In this document: piece by piece, positions 9,210-18,739 of the stretch
Numbering within the stretch: the stretch's first letter is position 1
Layout of the letters: each line of letters starts with the position of its first letter
Assembly: GCA_047689495.1 (NCBI GenBank)
Contig: JBEWPY010000001.1
Span: forward strand, 1-46,114
DNA from: Candidatus Sulfurovum profundilacunae
GTDB lineage: Bacteria > Campylobacterota > Campylobacteria > Campylobacterales > Sulfurovaceae
Direction of reading: 5' to 3'
DNA length: 46,114 nucleotides
Notes under the pieces: model-generated
Databases searched by the model: none
Told to the model about the DNA's origin: nothing
Seen by the model: only the letters and a program-made list of their open reading frames with translations
Translations under genes and position numbers: made by a program

Positions 9210-9512
9210 TTACGATTCAATTACTTCATTCGCGCATTTATCAATCTTAAGCTCTTTGAGTATTTTTTCAAAGAAGTCACCGCTATCTCTCTGCGCATCA
9301 TCATCAAACTCTATATAGAGTGCCTGCTTCTCTTCTGTATGGTCTTTGGAATTGTCAAATACCTGGGGATTCATCCCGGTCTCTTTCTTCACTTTTTCGA
9401 TCGCTGCTTCGATCTCTTCTCTCAGCTCTTCGCTGCCGTCAAATGTCAGACTCATTCCTGCATAACACTCTTCCATTCTTACATTGGCATTGATTTGATC
9501 ACATCTGTCCAT
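9210..9512 (-). CDS. Hypothetical small acidic protein
   Basis: 100-aa ORF with GGAG RBS upstream, 6 nt from the next gene, plausible composition; no recognisable motif. Confidence 0.7.
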   Translation of the reverse strand: MDRCDQINANVRMEECYAGMSLTFDGSEELREEIEAAIEKVKKETGMNPQVFDNSKDHTEEKQALYIEFDDDAQRDSGDFFEKILKELKIDKCANEVIES

Positions 9513-9614
9513 TTACTTTACTCCTTGGTCTTTTACTCTTTCATTATAACGTATATAAGGTAAATAAATATCTTAAAACAGGGCTATATGATGATGCACG
9601 GATAAGGGTAAGGT

Positions 9615-11141
9615 TCATCTGGCATAAGCCGCTGCCCTTGTCTCTCTGATCACATTTACTTTTATTTCACCCGGATACTGTGTCGTTTCCTGTATCTCGT
9701 TCGCAATCTCCCTGCTCAGCAGAACCGCTTCACTATCTGATATTTTTTGAGCATTTACAAATACACGTACTTCCCTCCCGGCATTCATAGCATAAGCTGC
9801 GGTAACCTGTTCTTTTTTTGCAGCTATTCCCTCTATCTCTTCTATACGTTTCGTGAAGCTCTCAAGCACTTCACGTCTGGCACCCGGCCTGGCTGCAGAA
9901 AGTTTGTCTGCGGCACACACTGCCGCAGATTCTACAGAGTCGGGTTCTTCGTACCCATGGTGTGCATAGATCGCATTGATCACCGTCGGATGTTCATGAT
10001 ATTTTCTGCAGAGCTCTGCTCCTATCTCTACGTGAGAACCTCCTCTCTCCTGGGTCAACGCTTTGCCGATATCATGCAGCAGTCCCGCACGAAGGGCAAG
10101 CTTCTCATCGCCGCCCATGTTGGCAGCCATCACTTTGGCAAGGTTTGCTACTTCAAGTGTATGTGCGAGGGCATTTTGTCCATAGCTTGCTCTGTACTTC
10201 AAGCGCCCCAGCAGACGAACCAACTCTTCAGGCATAGGGAAAAGGCCCAGGTCGATAAGTATATTTTCACCCTCTTCATACGTCTTTTGTTCGAACTCTT
10301 TTTGAACCTTTTCATAAACCTCTTCGATACGGGCCGGATGAATTCTTCCATCTTCAACAAGTATCTCTATCACCCTTGTAGCGATGGCACGCCGGTATAG
10401 GTTGAAGGAGCTTACTACGATCACCCCCGGTGTTTCATCGATGATAATATCCACACCGAGTATCATCTCCAGTGACTTGATATTGCGTCCCTCTTTACCG
10501 ATGATACGTCCTTTATGCTCATCGCTTGGAAGCGTAATGGTATTGATAAGGCGCTCTCCCGCAAACTCTCCGGCATAACGCGTGGTTGCCTGAGCCAAAA
10601 TATAGTTAGCCTTTTTTTCACCCTCTTCTTTTGCCTGTTGTTCATATTTGCGTACAATATTGGCAACATCTGAGCGGCTTTGCTCTTCCACTTTCTCTAA
10701 AATATATGCTTTCGCCTCTTCCTGTGTCAGCGAAGCAATATTCTCCATCTTTTTTACAGCTTCCATCATCGTCTCTTGCTTTTCGGCTTCCAGATGTTCA
10801 ATCTTTTTTCTTTCTTTTTCCAAAGCAAGATGCTGCTCTTCTAAAAGTTTTTCTTTTGTTTCAAGCTCTTTTTGTTCAAGTATTAATGTACGGTTACGCT
10901 CATCTGCTTTTGATAAACGCTTCTGATATTCCCTCTCAAGCTCTATCTCTTGAGTCTGTATCTTTTTTTTGACCGCTTCCAAGAGGTGTTCAGCCTCGAA
11001 CTCTATCGCTTTTGCTTTTGCTTTACTCTCTTTTTCCACATAGGAAAATCTGTTTTTCGTATTATATTTTATCCATAAGTAACAGATCGCTGCACCTACA
11101 GAAGCTCCCGCCAATGCGGAAAGCCCTATCATTCCTACCAT
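9615..11141 (-). CDS. rny: Ribonuclease Y
   Basis: N-terminal TM, coiled coil, KH domain 'KGRIIGKEGRNIK', HD domain 'LLHDIGKA', 'SAARPGARRE'. Confidence 0.96.
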   Translation of the reverse strand: MVGMIGLSALAGASVGAAICYLWIKYNTKNRFSYVEKESKAKAKAIEFEAEHLLEAVKKKIQTQEIELEREYQKRLSKADERNRTLILEQKELETKEKLLEEQHLALEKERKKIEHLEAEKQETMMEAVKKMENIASLTQEEAKAYILEKVEEQSRSDVANIVRKYEQQAKEEGEKKANYILAQATTRYAGEFAGERLINTITLPSDEHKGRIIGKEGRNIKSLEMILGVDIIIDETPGVIVVSSFNLYRRAIATRVIEILVEDGRIHPARIEEVYEKVQKEFEQKTYEEGENILIDLGLFPMPEELVRLLGRLKYRASYGQNALAHTLEVANLAKVMAANMGGDEKLALRAGLLHDIGKALTQERGGSHVEIGAELCRKYHEHPTVINAIYAHHGYEEPDSVESAAVCAADKLSAARPGARREVLESFTKRIEEIEGIAAKKEQVTAAYAMNAGREVRVFVNAQKISDSEAVLLSREIANEIQETTQYPGEIKVNVIRETRAAAYAR

Positions 11142-11157
11142 TTTTATATCCTCACAG

Positions 11158-11715
11158 TCAGGGCATGATAATCATGTCCGCTTTCACATCATAATGATCT
11201 GTAATAATCTCTTGGCTATAACACAATTCACGCGCTATAAACACGGTTCTTTTTATATGTTTTTCTTCCCGTTCAAAAAATCTATCATACATTCCTTTAC
11301 CGAACCCTACACGTCTTTGTGTAACATCCATTCCCACTATCGGTACAATAGCCAAATCTAAATCTTTATCTCTATACTGTTTTGAATTATTGGGTTCTTT
11401 GATCCCGAATTTCTTTCTCTTCAGCGGTAACCTGTATTTTACCAACCTGAAACTTTCACCTTCCATAAACGGTACATAGAGCTGACGCCCCTGACGTCTC
11501 AGTACTTTAATAAGCGGATAAAGGTTTACTTCTGTCTTAAGCGGAAGATACAACATGATTTTTTCCGCATCTGTCTCCAGAATCTCTTCATAGAGTGCGT
11601 TAAGAAGCTTTCTGTCTTTCGCATATGCCCTCTTTGAAGCTTTTTTCAAACGCTCCAGACAGCTTGCTCTAAATGCTTTTTTTCGGGCGCTTTGTCTTGC
11701 TGTATTGTTATCCAT
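11158..11715 (-). CDS. ygfA: 5-formyltetrahydrofolate cyclo-ligase
   Basis: 'FGIKEP', 'DLAIVPIVG', 'RVGFGKGMYDRF'. Confidence 0.92.
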   Translation of the reverse strand: MDNNTARQSARKKAFRASCLERLKKASKRAYAKDRKLLNALYEEILETDAEKIMLYLPLKTEVNLYPLIKVLRRQGRQLYVPFMEGESFRLVKYRLPLKRKKFGIKEPNNSKQYRDKDLDLAIVPIVGMDVTQRRVGFGKGMYDRFFEREEKHIKRTVFIARELCYSQEIITDHYDVKADMIIMP

Positions 11716-11782
11716 ACTTTAATGCTCTTTGGTTATAATCTTTTTTATAAATCATTATATCGAAAATCGACAAAGGCTTTAT

Positions 11783-12475
11783 GTGAAGAGCATCGTGAGA
11801 CAACTCTCAGCAGCAACCATTACCATTACCCTGCTTCACTTTCTTGCAGGCTGTGAAGAGAAAACAAAGGAAGCAGATCATCAGCTCCCACAGGAAAATA
11901 CCACTGAACTTGTAGAGATGAAACAGGAAAACCCCTCAAAACCATTGACGCCACAAAGTATTCCGACAACACCATCCGAACCTCAAGAAGTGAAGGAAAA
12001 GCCTGTTCAACAAAAAGAACCTGATCTATCAACCGTTTATCTTCTTTCAGGACTCCGGGGGGAAAGATATGAACTCTCGTTGAACAAAGAGAGGGTTTCC
12101 CTTGAAAACTCAGACAAACCGTTCATTCTGATTCACCTTTTTAATCCAGACAGCAATGAAGCCGGAGCACAAGCACCCTACCTCTCGAAACTTCAAAAAA
12201 TGTATGCGGAGCGTTTGATGGTCATAGCGATACCGACCAACGGAACAGAAGATGCGCGAGCGCTTAGATCATGGGCGCAAACCTATCAAACCGAATATTT
12301 TATCTCATCAAACAAGGAAAGCAATATTCTAGCAGAGAGACTGTCTGAAGAGCTGAATATCACGACATCACCGTCAACACTGCTCTACCATCAGGGGAAA
12401 AATTATGCCTCTTACGAAGGCATCACCCCTCTGGAGATGATCACGCATGATATACTGCAAGCGGGCAAGAAATAA
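11783..12475 (+). CDS. Thioredoxin-fold (TlpA-like) lipoprotein lacking CxxC
   Basis: GTG 11783 after AAAGG; lipobox LAG-C; Pro/Glu/Gln-rich linker; TlpA-like 'KPFILIHLF...PYLSKLQK.Y...PSTLLY'; syntenic position between ygfA and ftsY. Confidence 0.7.
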   Translation: MKSIVRQLSAATITITLLHFLAGCEEKTKEADHQLPQENTTELVEMKQENPSKPLTPQSIPTTPSEPQEVKEKPVQQKEPDLSTVYLLSGLRGERYELSLNKERVSLENSDKPFILIHLFNPDSNEAGAQAPYLSKLQKMYAERLMVIAIPTNGTEDARALRSWAQTYQTEYFISSNKESNILAERLSEELNITTSPSTLLYHQGKNYASYEGITPLEMITHDILQAGKK

Positions 12476-12487
12476 AGGATAAACAGT

Positions 12488-13354
12488 ATGTTCAATCTAT
12501 TTAAAAAAGTATTAGGCAAAACGAATGAAGCGATCAAGGAGATCGCTGTAGAGAAGAAAAAAGAGATCGATAAAGAGGAGTTTGAAGATATCCTTCTTGA
12601 AGCAGATGTCAACTATGAGCTTGTAGAACGTCTCCTTGAAGGGTTACCCGGTACGATCAACCGGGTACAGGCATTCAACTCACTCATATCCGTCTTTCAA
12701 TACAAGGCTGACTGGAAAGAGAGTGATGCCAAACCGTTTGTAGAGATGATCATCGGTGTCAACGGCGCAGGAAAAACCACTACGATCTCGAAATTAGCCT
12801 ATCGCTATAAAAAAGAGGGAAAAAGCGTCATACTTGGTGCAGGGGACACATTCCGTGCTGCAGCTATCGAACAGCTGAGTCAATGGGCAGCAAAGCTTGA
12901 TCTGCCGATTGTAGCTACGAAGCAGGAGCATGATCCTTCTGCGGTGGTTTTCGATACGATAGAGTCTGCCAGAGCCAAAGGGATCGATCAAGTGATCATA
13001 GACACAGCCGGCCGGCTGCATACGCAGGCCAATTTAGCGGAAGAACTTAAAAAGATGATACGTGTAGCCAACAAAGCTTATGAGGGAGCTCCACACCGCA
13101 AACTGCTTGTACTTGACGGGACTCAGGGGAGTTCATCGGTCAATCAGGCAAAAGTATTTCATGAGATGATCGGAGTTGACGGTATCATCATCACCAAACT
13201 TGACGGTACGGCAAAAGGCGGATCAGTACTGAGCATTGCAGATGAACTTCAAATGCCGATCTGGTATATCGGTACGGGGGAACAGCCTGCTGACCTTATC
13301 CGGTTTAAAGCCAATGCGTATGTCAATACGATCCTGGATGAGATCTTTATCTGA
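12488..13354 (+). CDS. ftsY: SRP receptor FtsY (short form without acidic domain)
   Basis: 'GVNGAGKTTT', 'DTFRAAA', 'DTAGR', 'TKLDGTAKGG'. Confidence 0.97.
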   Translation: MFNLFKKVLGKTNEAIKEIAVEKKKEIDKEEFEDILLEADVNYELVERLLEGLPGTINRVQAFNSLISVFQYKADWKESDAKPFVEMIIGVNGAGKTTTISKLAYRYKKEGKSVILGAGDTFRAAAIEQLSQWAAKLDLPIVATKQEHDPSAVVFDTIESARAKGIDQVIIDTAGRLHTQANLAEELKKMIRVANKAYEGAPHRKLLVLDGTQGSSSVNQAKVFHEMIGVDGIIITKLDGTAKGGSVLSIADELQMPIWYIGTGEQPADLIRFKANAYVNTILDEIFI

Positions 13355-13364
13355 CCTTATCGTA

Positions 13365-14045
13365 TCAAGTAAGCCCGAACTCCTCTTTATAAAGTGTTTC
13401 AAGGTCACCTTTGGTCCGGTAAGAGATCTCTTTGCCGATCATAACAGTAACCTCTTGATCTTTGATACCCTTTCTCATCGACTTTCTTAAAACCTCATCA
13501 GCATTTTGTTCGATATAGACAGGCAGGATCGGCAATCTGTTCTTCAGGGCAATGATTCGGGAACCCTCTTTAAAATTTGAAACAGGTTTGTCTGTTTTGT
13601 TACGTGTTCCCTCAGGAAAAATGAAAATGGAATTTCCCTCCTGTACGCTTTTTTTAACCTCGGCAAAAAAACTGCTCATCTGCGAGTTTTCACGATCCAG
13701 CAGTATCGCACCTGCATTTCTGACAAAAAGCCCAAAAAAAAGTGAATTATATAACTCTTTTTTGGATATCCAATATCCAAAAATTTCTGTCTGTTCCAAT
13801 GCCAATTCTATGATAAGCGGATCAATCACACTTCTATGATTGGAGACAAGCAAATACTGCCCATCTTGCGGAAGGTTTTCATGATTTATAATATTCACTT
13901 TGATTCGCAATGCTCCCAACTGAGCATGGGAGTAAGCGACCCGAAGTCTTTTTTTTTCTTTTGGATCTCGTGTGAGTTTTAACCTCAACCCATAACTGTT
14001 GGTTAGATACATCCCATATAAAATATGTAAAATTACTCTTATCAT
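13365..14045 (-). CDS. Lysophospholipid acyltransferase (PlsC family)
   Basis: 'NHRSVID' (HxxxxD) and 'IFPEGTR'. Confidence 0.92.
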   Translation of the reverse strand: MIRVILHILYGMYLTNSYGLRLKLTRDPKEKKRLRVAYSHAQLGALRIKVNIINHENLPQDGQYLLVSNHRSVIDPLIIELALEQTEIFGYWISKKELYNSLFFGLFVRNAGAILLDRENSQMSSFFAEVKKSVQEGNSIFIFPEGTRNKTDKPVSNFKEGSRIIALKNRLPILPVYIEQNADEVLRKSMRKGIKDQEVTVMIGKEISYRTKGDLETLYKEEFGLT

Positions 14046-14193
14046 AAACGATCATGCCTCTTTTCTATTGTAAAGGACTATTATAGCAGAACCGCCCTTG
14101 TCGGAGAGATTAAAATATGACAATATGACATATTTTTTTCACAAATTTTTCTTATTGTTCTATAATTACTTTAACTTTTCCCAAGGATTAAAT

Positions 14194-15543
14194 ATGGCAA
14201 AAAGAAAAACTCTTTTTGAGTGTCAGTCATGCGGATTTCAGTCACCTGGATGGATGGGCAGATGTACTTCATGCGGCGAGTGGGAAAGTATGGTCGAACT
14301 TACTGCCGATCAAATCAAGTTTCTCAAAGAGATATCCTCCTCCGGCGCAGCACAAGCCATAACAAAAGCCAAACCTATTACGCAGATTGAAGAGGACAAT
14401 ATCTCCCATTTTGGTTCAGGCAGCAATGAACTTGATCTGGTTTTAGGCGGAGGGGTTGTTCCTGGTTCACTCACACTGATCGGAGGCAGCCCGGGAATAG
14501 GAAAATCCACCCTATTGCTCAAGATAGCCGGCAACCTTGCCAAAGAAGAGAAAAGAGTACTCTATGTATCCGGAGAGGAATCGGCAGGGCAGATCAAACT
14601 TCGTGCCAACAGGCTGGATGCCAACCACAACCATCTGTATCTGCTTTCAGAGATCAATCTCACATCGGTAGTCCAGGAGATCAATCAGGAAAACTACAAC
14701 TTCATTGTCATTGATTCCATCCAGACACTCTACTCTGATGAAACACCGTCCGCACCGGGTTCGGTGACTCAGGTACGTACGATCACTTTTGAACTCATGC
14801 GGATCGCCAAAAGCTTGCATATCCCGATCTTTATCATCGGACACATCACTAAAGACGGTTCGATCGCAGGTCCGAGAGTTTTGGAACACATGGTTGATAC
14901 GGTGCTTTATTTCGAAGGGGACAGCAACTCCGAACTGAGACTGTTGAGGGGATTTAAGAACCGCTTCGGATCGACCAATGAAGTCGGGATATTTGAAATG
15001 AACCGTGAAGGACTGGTTGATGCCAAGAGTATGGCCGGGAAGTTCTTCAACAAAGAAAAACTCCAGTCAGGTTCGGCGCTCACCGTCATTATGGAAGGCA
15101 GCCGCCCTATCATTGTAGAGATACAGGCACTGGTCAGTGAAGCTTATGGTCATCCAAAGCGCAGCTCAACGGGTTTTGACAATAATCGGCTAAATATGCT
15201 TCTCGCTCTGCTCGAAAAAAAGCTTGACCTGCCCCTGGGAACCTATGATGTCTTCATCAATATCTCAGGCGGCATCAAGATCCATGAACCTGCTGCCGAT
15301 CTGGCGATCATTGCCGCGATCCTCAGTAGCTACAGGGACAGAGAGCTGAGTGCACAAACCCTCTTTCTCGGAGAAGTGAGCCTTACCGGCGAGATAAGAG
15401 AGATATCCGGCCTCACCAACCGTCTCAAAGAGATGGAGACACAAGGTTTCACAAAGGCGATTATCCCAAATAAACCGCTTGAAGAAACCAATATCAAATG
15501 TTTTATAGCCAATGAAGTCTCCAAAGTTGTGGAGTGGATGTGA
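14194..15543 (+). CDS. radA: DNA repair protein RadA/Sms
   Basis: C4 zinc finger (CQSC..CTSC), Walker A 'GSPGIGKST', 'KNRFG', Lon-like C-terminus; ATG 14194 after AAGGA. Confidence 0.97.
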   Translation: MAKRKTLFECQSCGFQSPGWMGRCTSCGEWESMVELTADQIKFLKEISSSGAAQAITKAKPITQIEEDNISHFGSGSNELDLVLGGGVVPGSLTLIGGSPGIGKSTLLLKIAGNLAKEEKRVLYVSGEESAGQIKLRANRLDANHNHLYLLSEINLTSVVQEINQENYNFIVIDSIQTLYSDETPSAPGSVTQVRTITFELMRIAKSLHIPIFIIGHITKDGSIAGPRVLEHMVDTVLYFEGDSNSELRLLRGFKNRFGSTNEVGIFEMNREGLVDAKSMAGKFFNKEKLQSGSALTVIMEGSRPIIVEIQALVSEAYGHPKRSSTGFDNNRLNMLLALLEKKLDLPLGTYDVFINISGGIKIHEPAADLAIIAAILSSYRDRELSAQTLFLGEVSLTGEIREISGLTNRLKEMETQGFTKAIIPNKPLEETNIKCFIANEVSKVVEWM

Positions 15544-15764
15544 GTCGCGTAAATAATCGTGAACTGGCTTCACGATTATAGCGACGAAACCGGAGACGAT
15601 GTGTACTTGTGCACTGTCGTAGGCTGGGAGAACCGTTAAGAAAACAACCTTGTGCTTGCACTTTCTGTGAGAGCTGCTTGTTGTTTGTAGCTTCGAAGCC
15701 GGAAGCGTTGTGCAGAATGCACCACTGAAGGCAAAATGGAGCAACGAAGTGCGATCCGCGCAGG
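15544..15764. repeat. Further copies of the structured repeat family seen at 5818-5996
   Basis: TAATCGTGAA-CTGGC-TTCACGATTA hairpin followed by CGACGAAACCGGA..AGG; second degenerate unit CTTCGAAGCCGGA..GAAGG; TGGAGCAA..GCGATCCGCGCAGG resembles 5951-5973. Confidence 0.75.
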
Positions 15765-15794
15765 TAGAGATAACAACTGCTTGGTTTTCAATCT

Positions 15795-15845
15795 GTGGAT
15801 CTCCGCCCGCAGGAAAAGCCCTTGCGCACAAGCCCGAGGATGACG
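15795..15845 (-). repeat. CGTC-tagged REP-like palindrome (degenerate)
   Basis: Minus strand reads CGTCATCCTCGGGCTTG...GCGGAGATCCAC, the pattern of CGTC-family REPs. Confidence 0.55.
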
Positions 15846-15851
15846 GTCCAC

Positions 15852-18082
15852 TTAATACTTCATAGTCATACTTAAAAAGACCATACGCGGAGCACCTGTC
15901 TGGTAGGTACTTGATGTCGTAGATGCCGCTAAAACATTATCGGGTGTATTGATGGTCGCAATATACTTTTCATCCGTAAGATTTGTCATTGTCAGACGGA
16001 AAGAGGTGCTTTTTGAGCCTAAGAAGTTTTTACCTTATAGGAGATATCCATATCTACTACGGTATACCCATCCTCTTTCTGCGTGTTCTCTACGTCTCCA
16101 TAGCGGCTTGATGTATAACGCACACTTGGGGTAAAGACCCAGTTATCCAGATAGTAGGAGAGTGCGCCTTTCGCCATGAACTTCGGTGCATCCGGAAGCT
16201 GATTGCCCTCGATATCACTCGTAGTGGATGCGCTTGTTGCAAAATTCTGATCAAAAGAGTAGCGGTTACAAGAGAGTCCTGCCATAAATTCAAGATCCTC
16301 GGTAAGGAGACCATAGGCTGAGAACTCCGCCCCGTATCCGAACGCATCACCCAGGTTTGCAGGGTAACTGATATCCAGATCAGTGTCATAGATATTTGCC
16401 TGTTTATTCTGTACGAAAGAGACAAAAAGACATGGATGGAGTGTCACTGCCCCGATCGTTGTTTTATATCCAAGATCGATATTGTCAGAGGTCTCCAGCT
16501 CCAGATCGTTCCAGAGCTGCTGCAGCGTGATACCCTTGCCTTTAAACTTTGCATAGTTGCTTGTATAGGTCGGATAGAGGTTCACATCAAACCCGTACGT
16601 ACGTGAGTAGTCAAGGTAGAGAGCACTCCTCTCATCCAGTTTGTATGCAAGATAGACGGAGGGCAGCCAGGTTTTAAAGGTTTTTGACTCCACACTCCCC
16701 CATGAATCGTAGGTGGATGTAGCGATCGCCGTCTCATAATCGAGACTTGTATTGCTGTCTGTCAGATAGTTTTTGATCGAACTTACTTCAAAGTTCTGAT
16801 ACTGCAGGCCGACCGAGTAGATGAAGTTATCCACCTCGCCGCTTACTTCCACGAACGGCGACTGCAGGAGATGATCCTCTACCTCTGCCAGTGAAGCGTA
16901 TTTTTTAAAGTAGAGCTCTCCATCGTCATTCACCCCGTACATACGTCTGTCGGTCGGTGGTCCGGGAGGAAGCTGTCTGTGATACCAGTACCCTGCTTTT
17001 GCTTTGATCATTTCACTAAAGCGATGCGCATAGGCAGCAACGGCACCCATAAGATCATGGTCCATCTGCCAGTTGATCACGCCTTTTTTTGCAAAATTTG
17101 AAAAATAGATCTCCCCTTCATCCTGTTTGTAGTAGGGCTTGAAGGTGAAGCTGTCCTCAGCAGTCAGTCTGTAACGGACATCAGCAAAGATATTGGTCGT
17201 CAAAAAATCCTGCTTGTTAAAATCATAATAATCTACATCATTGGCTGATGTCGGCTTTGTTGTCTTATAGTCTTTATCGAAATAGCTGTCAAGATCCTCT
17301 ATCTCTGCATAACTCAGAGAGGCATAGTTGTGGTGTTCATCGCTGTTACGAATGGCATAGAGGTGCGCTTCAAAACGCTCATTTGGCTCATAGGAGAGCC
17401 CCACCATACCGTTGACCCGTTCAAGATCGCCTTCTCCTTTATATTTGTCGTTGGAGAGAAGAGAAAAAGAACCAAAAGCAGAAAAATCCCCTATTTCTCC
17501 TGTATCAAAACGTACAAACGATCTTTTAAAGTTTTCTGTACCGAATGACTGCGACAAAATAGCTCCGGCCTCTTTTTTCGGACGCAGGACATTAAGGTCC
17601 ACTTTTCCGATCAGGCTTGAGAACCCAAGGTTCTTGTCGACAGGAAGATACCCTTTCAGCAGATCGATCGAAGCGGTATTTTCCATATCAAGCATATGTT
17701 TTCCGCCCCCCGGATTTGAAGAGAGAGGCATACCGTTGATCATATATACCCCTCCCGGTCCGGATTGACTCTTTCCTCGGATACGGATCGGATCGTGAAA
17801 AGAAGGTTCATTGGAACCCACCGCATCTGCCGGAGTGAAATTCACCGACGGCGAAAATGCGATCACCGTGTAGGGGTTCATATTGGCATGGCTTGAGAGC
17901 GTTGCAATACTTTTGGGGGTGAAGTGCTCCCTGTTATCGGCCTTTGAGAGGTTATAATCCCCCCAAAAGAGGGGTTCTTCTTCTCCCATCACTTCATTGA
18001 CCACGATCGACTCTATACTTATTGGGTCTGCCGTCAGTGTTGCGGTTGCAACAAGTGACAAAATGATACTGCTTTTTTTCAT
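15852..18082 (-). pseudogene. TonB-dependent outer-membrane receptor, frameshifted near the 3' end (or sequencing indel)
   Basis: Signal peptide, plug 'IRIRG...YMINGMP...IDLLKG', beta-barrel pattern. ORF stops at 16019, but adding one A to the A5 run (T5 at 16027-16031 on +) restores 'VKNFLGSKSTSFRLTMTNLTDEKY...QTGAPRMVFLSMTMKY*' ending at 15852. Confidence 0.9.
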
Positions 18083-18111
18083 CCTACTCTTCTCCTAAAA
18101 TATGTTGTATC

Positions 18112-18137
18112 TCGTTGTATATTAATATATATAACGA
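18112..18137. promoter_or_regulatory. ModE-type operator
   Basis: TCGTTGTATA-TTAATA-TATATAACGA, one mismatch to the CGNTATATA-N6-TATATANCG palindrome, about 30 nt upstream of the receptor start. Confidence 0.75.
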
Positions 18138-18287
18138 ATTGTATAGCATTTTTCTTAAACTTTTTCAATCAGGCTTCTAGCATAGATCAAAAATTATCGC
18201 TGGGACTGTTTACTCAGAAGCAGGATCTAACATATTTTTTTTCAGGGAAGGAATCCTTTGTCTCATAATATCTGATATAATACTCCT

Positions 18288-18638
18288 ATGAAGATAGGGA
18301 CAGATATTATACAGATAGAGCGTATACGCAGAATGAGAGAGAAATACGGTAATAAGTTTCAAGAGCGTTTTCTCACCGGGAATGAGCTCGATGCCTCCAG
18401 AAAAGTTGAATCGCTTGCGGGGCTCTGGGCAGCCAAAGAGGCGATCGCCAAAGCTTTGGGGTGCGGGATCGGTTCCGAACTGGCTTTCCATGATATTATC
18501 ATTGCCAAAGACAAGAAAGGTGCACCCTATTTTGTACTCACTCCGGAAGCACAAAAAAAATATCCTGTCAAAACCTCTTCCCTCTCTATCAGCCATGACG
18601 GAGGATTTGCGATTGCGGTTGCAGTCATCATACACTGA
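18288..18638 (+). CDS. acpS: Holo-ACP synthase
   Basis: 'IGTDIIQIERI', 'AGLWAAKEAIAKALG', 'SISHDG'. Confidence 0.96.
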   Translation: MKIGTDIIQIERIRRMREKYGNKFQERFLTGNELDASRKVESLAGLWAAKEAIAKALGCGIGSELAFHDIIIAKDKKGAPYFVLTPEAQKKYPVKTSSLSISHDGGFAIAVAVIIH

Positions 18639-18739
18639 ACCTTTGAATATGTGGATTCTGGGGGGGGTGTTGCCTGAGATGTTTTTAAAGGTTCAGCATG
18701 AACGGGCAGAAAACTGCTCCCTCCTGCCTAAAACAATCT

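Noticed and set aside
11716-11782. 6S RNA upstream of ygfA, as in many bacteria
   Set aside because: Only about 67 bp separate ygfA from the divergent lipoprotein gene, too short for a ~180-nt 6S RNA.
15544-15625. Hammerhead ribozyme (stem followed by CGAAAC)
   Set aside because: The required CUGANGA core upstream of the stem is absent in all units.
15265-15831. 188-aa minus-strand ORF
   Set aside because: Overlaps radA antisense and runs through repeat DNA; no protein-like motifs.
18083-18287. Fur box or cobalamin riboswitch for the TonB receptor
   Set aside because: No good GATAATGATAATCATTATC match and no B12-box or room for the riboswitch; the ModE-like palindrome fits much better.
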